Origin: Gemmatimonadota bacterium
GTDB lineage: Bacteria; Gemmatimonadota; Gemmatimonadetes; JACCXV01; JAHWKZ01
Length of the DNA stretch: 64,000 nucleotides
NCBI GenBank assembly: GCA_039588915.1
Contig: JBDGYV010000009.1
Coordinates: 517-64,516 of the forward strand
Direction: 5' to 3'
In this document: positions 63,450 to 64,000 of the stretch, piece after piece
How positions within the stretch are numbered: position 1 is the first letter of the stretch
Layout of the letters: the number at the start of each line of letters is the position of its first letter
Position numbers and translations under genes: made by a program
The notes under the pieces: model-generated
The model's input: only the letters and a program-made list of their open reading frames with translations
The model's database searches: none
What the model was told of the DNA's origin: nothing

Positions 63450-64000
63450 CTACGGCTTGTAGCCAAAGAACTTGAGGTCCGCTTCCCGTCGCGACCACTT
63501 TTTCCGAACCTTGACTCGGAGGGACAGATGGACCGGTCCGGCGATCAACTCTTCGATCGTCTGGCGGGCTCGGATGCCGATCGCCTTTATCTTCTTGCCC
63601 CCCTGCCCGATCACCATTCCCTTCTGGCTCTCGCGCTCGACATACAACGTGGCGTCCAGGGCGGTCTTTTCCTTCTTGCCGCTTGGATCGACCCAGTCGG
63701 TGACCGCAGCATGAATGCTGTATGGCAGCTCTGCGCCCAGCTCTCGATAACACGCCTCTCGAATGAACTCGGCGGCCACGAAACGAAGACTCAGGTTGGT
63801 CAGATCTTCCGCGGGGTAGAAAAATGGTTGCTCGGGCAGCGCCCCACGCGTGGACGCCAGCAGGTTGTCTACTCCCTCGCCAGTGACCGCGCTCACCCGG
63901 TGGCGCCCAGCCCACCGAAAGACATCGCCCCACATGGACTCCCGGCGATCGAGCGTGGTCTGACTCGCGCGATCGGACTTCGTCAGGACGAGAAACACCG
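63450..64000 (-). CDS. era: GTPase Era, C-terminal part (KH domain); 5' end beyond the window
   Basis: ...LVLTKSD..., [11 protein letters not shown]..., [10 protein letters not shown]..., [22 protein letters not shown]..., [11 protein letters not shown]. The ORF is still open at 64000. Confidence 0.9.
   Translation of the reverse strand, partial: VFLVLTKSDRASQTTLDRRESMWGDVFRWAGRHRVSAVTGEGVDNLLASTRGALPEQPFFYPAEDLTNLSLRFVAAEFIREACYRELGAELPYSIHAAVTDWVDPSGKKEKTALDATLYVERESQKGMVIGQGGKKIKAIGIRARQTIEELIAGPVHLSLRVKVRKKWSRREADLKFFGYKP

Overview
High-GC (about 60-65% by eye, not computed), very gene-dense bacterial chromosome segment. I found no rRNA, tRNA, CRISPR array, transposase or integrase. A TonB-like protein, a putative outer-membrane protein and a subtilase with a T9SS-type C-terminal sorting domain indicate a diderm, perhaps Gemmatimonadota or a related FCB-group lineage (inference only). 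Every gene from 1 to about 50.3 kb is on the minus strand, and many junctions are 4-nt ATGA/GTGA start/stop overlaps.

Content, left to right:
- Bacterial microcompartment (BMC) operon fragment: EutL-type BMC-T, EutK-type BMC-H with a C-terminal winged-helix domain, a ParA ATPase, a 109-aa ORF and a Pta/EutD phosphotransacetylase that runs off the window.
- TonB-like protein, leuS, dapF.
- About 10 kb envelope glycosylation island: Dpm1-like GT2, antiporter, MprF-flippase-like protein, YfhO, GtrB-like GT2, two GT4 and two methyltransferases.
- nusB, then ribH, ribBA, ribE and ribD; ribE is disrupted or fused.
- purM, PfkB kinase, argS.
- Propionyl-CoA carboxylase and methylmalonyl-CoA mutase genes, interrupted by an rRNA m5U methyltransferase.
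- LpoA-like lipoprotein, rpsA, cmk, a DksA/TraR protein with a lysine-repeat tail.
- yqeK, panCB, folKB.
- S8 peptidase with T9SS sorting domain, and an HD-GYP plus HEAT-repeat pair lying divergent to lexA.
- truA, htrA, purCSQLF, rnr, era.

The most interesting signal is the ParA ATPase translationally coupled inside the BMC shell operon, next to a shell protein that carries a DNA-binding-type domain. This may be a built-in nucleoid-based organelle positioning module. Many ORF-track entries are antisense or 5'-extended GC artefacts. I trimmed starts where homology and overlap logic supported it.
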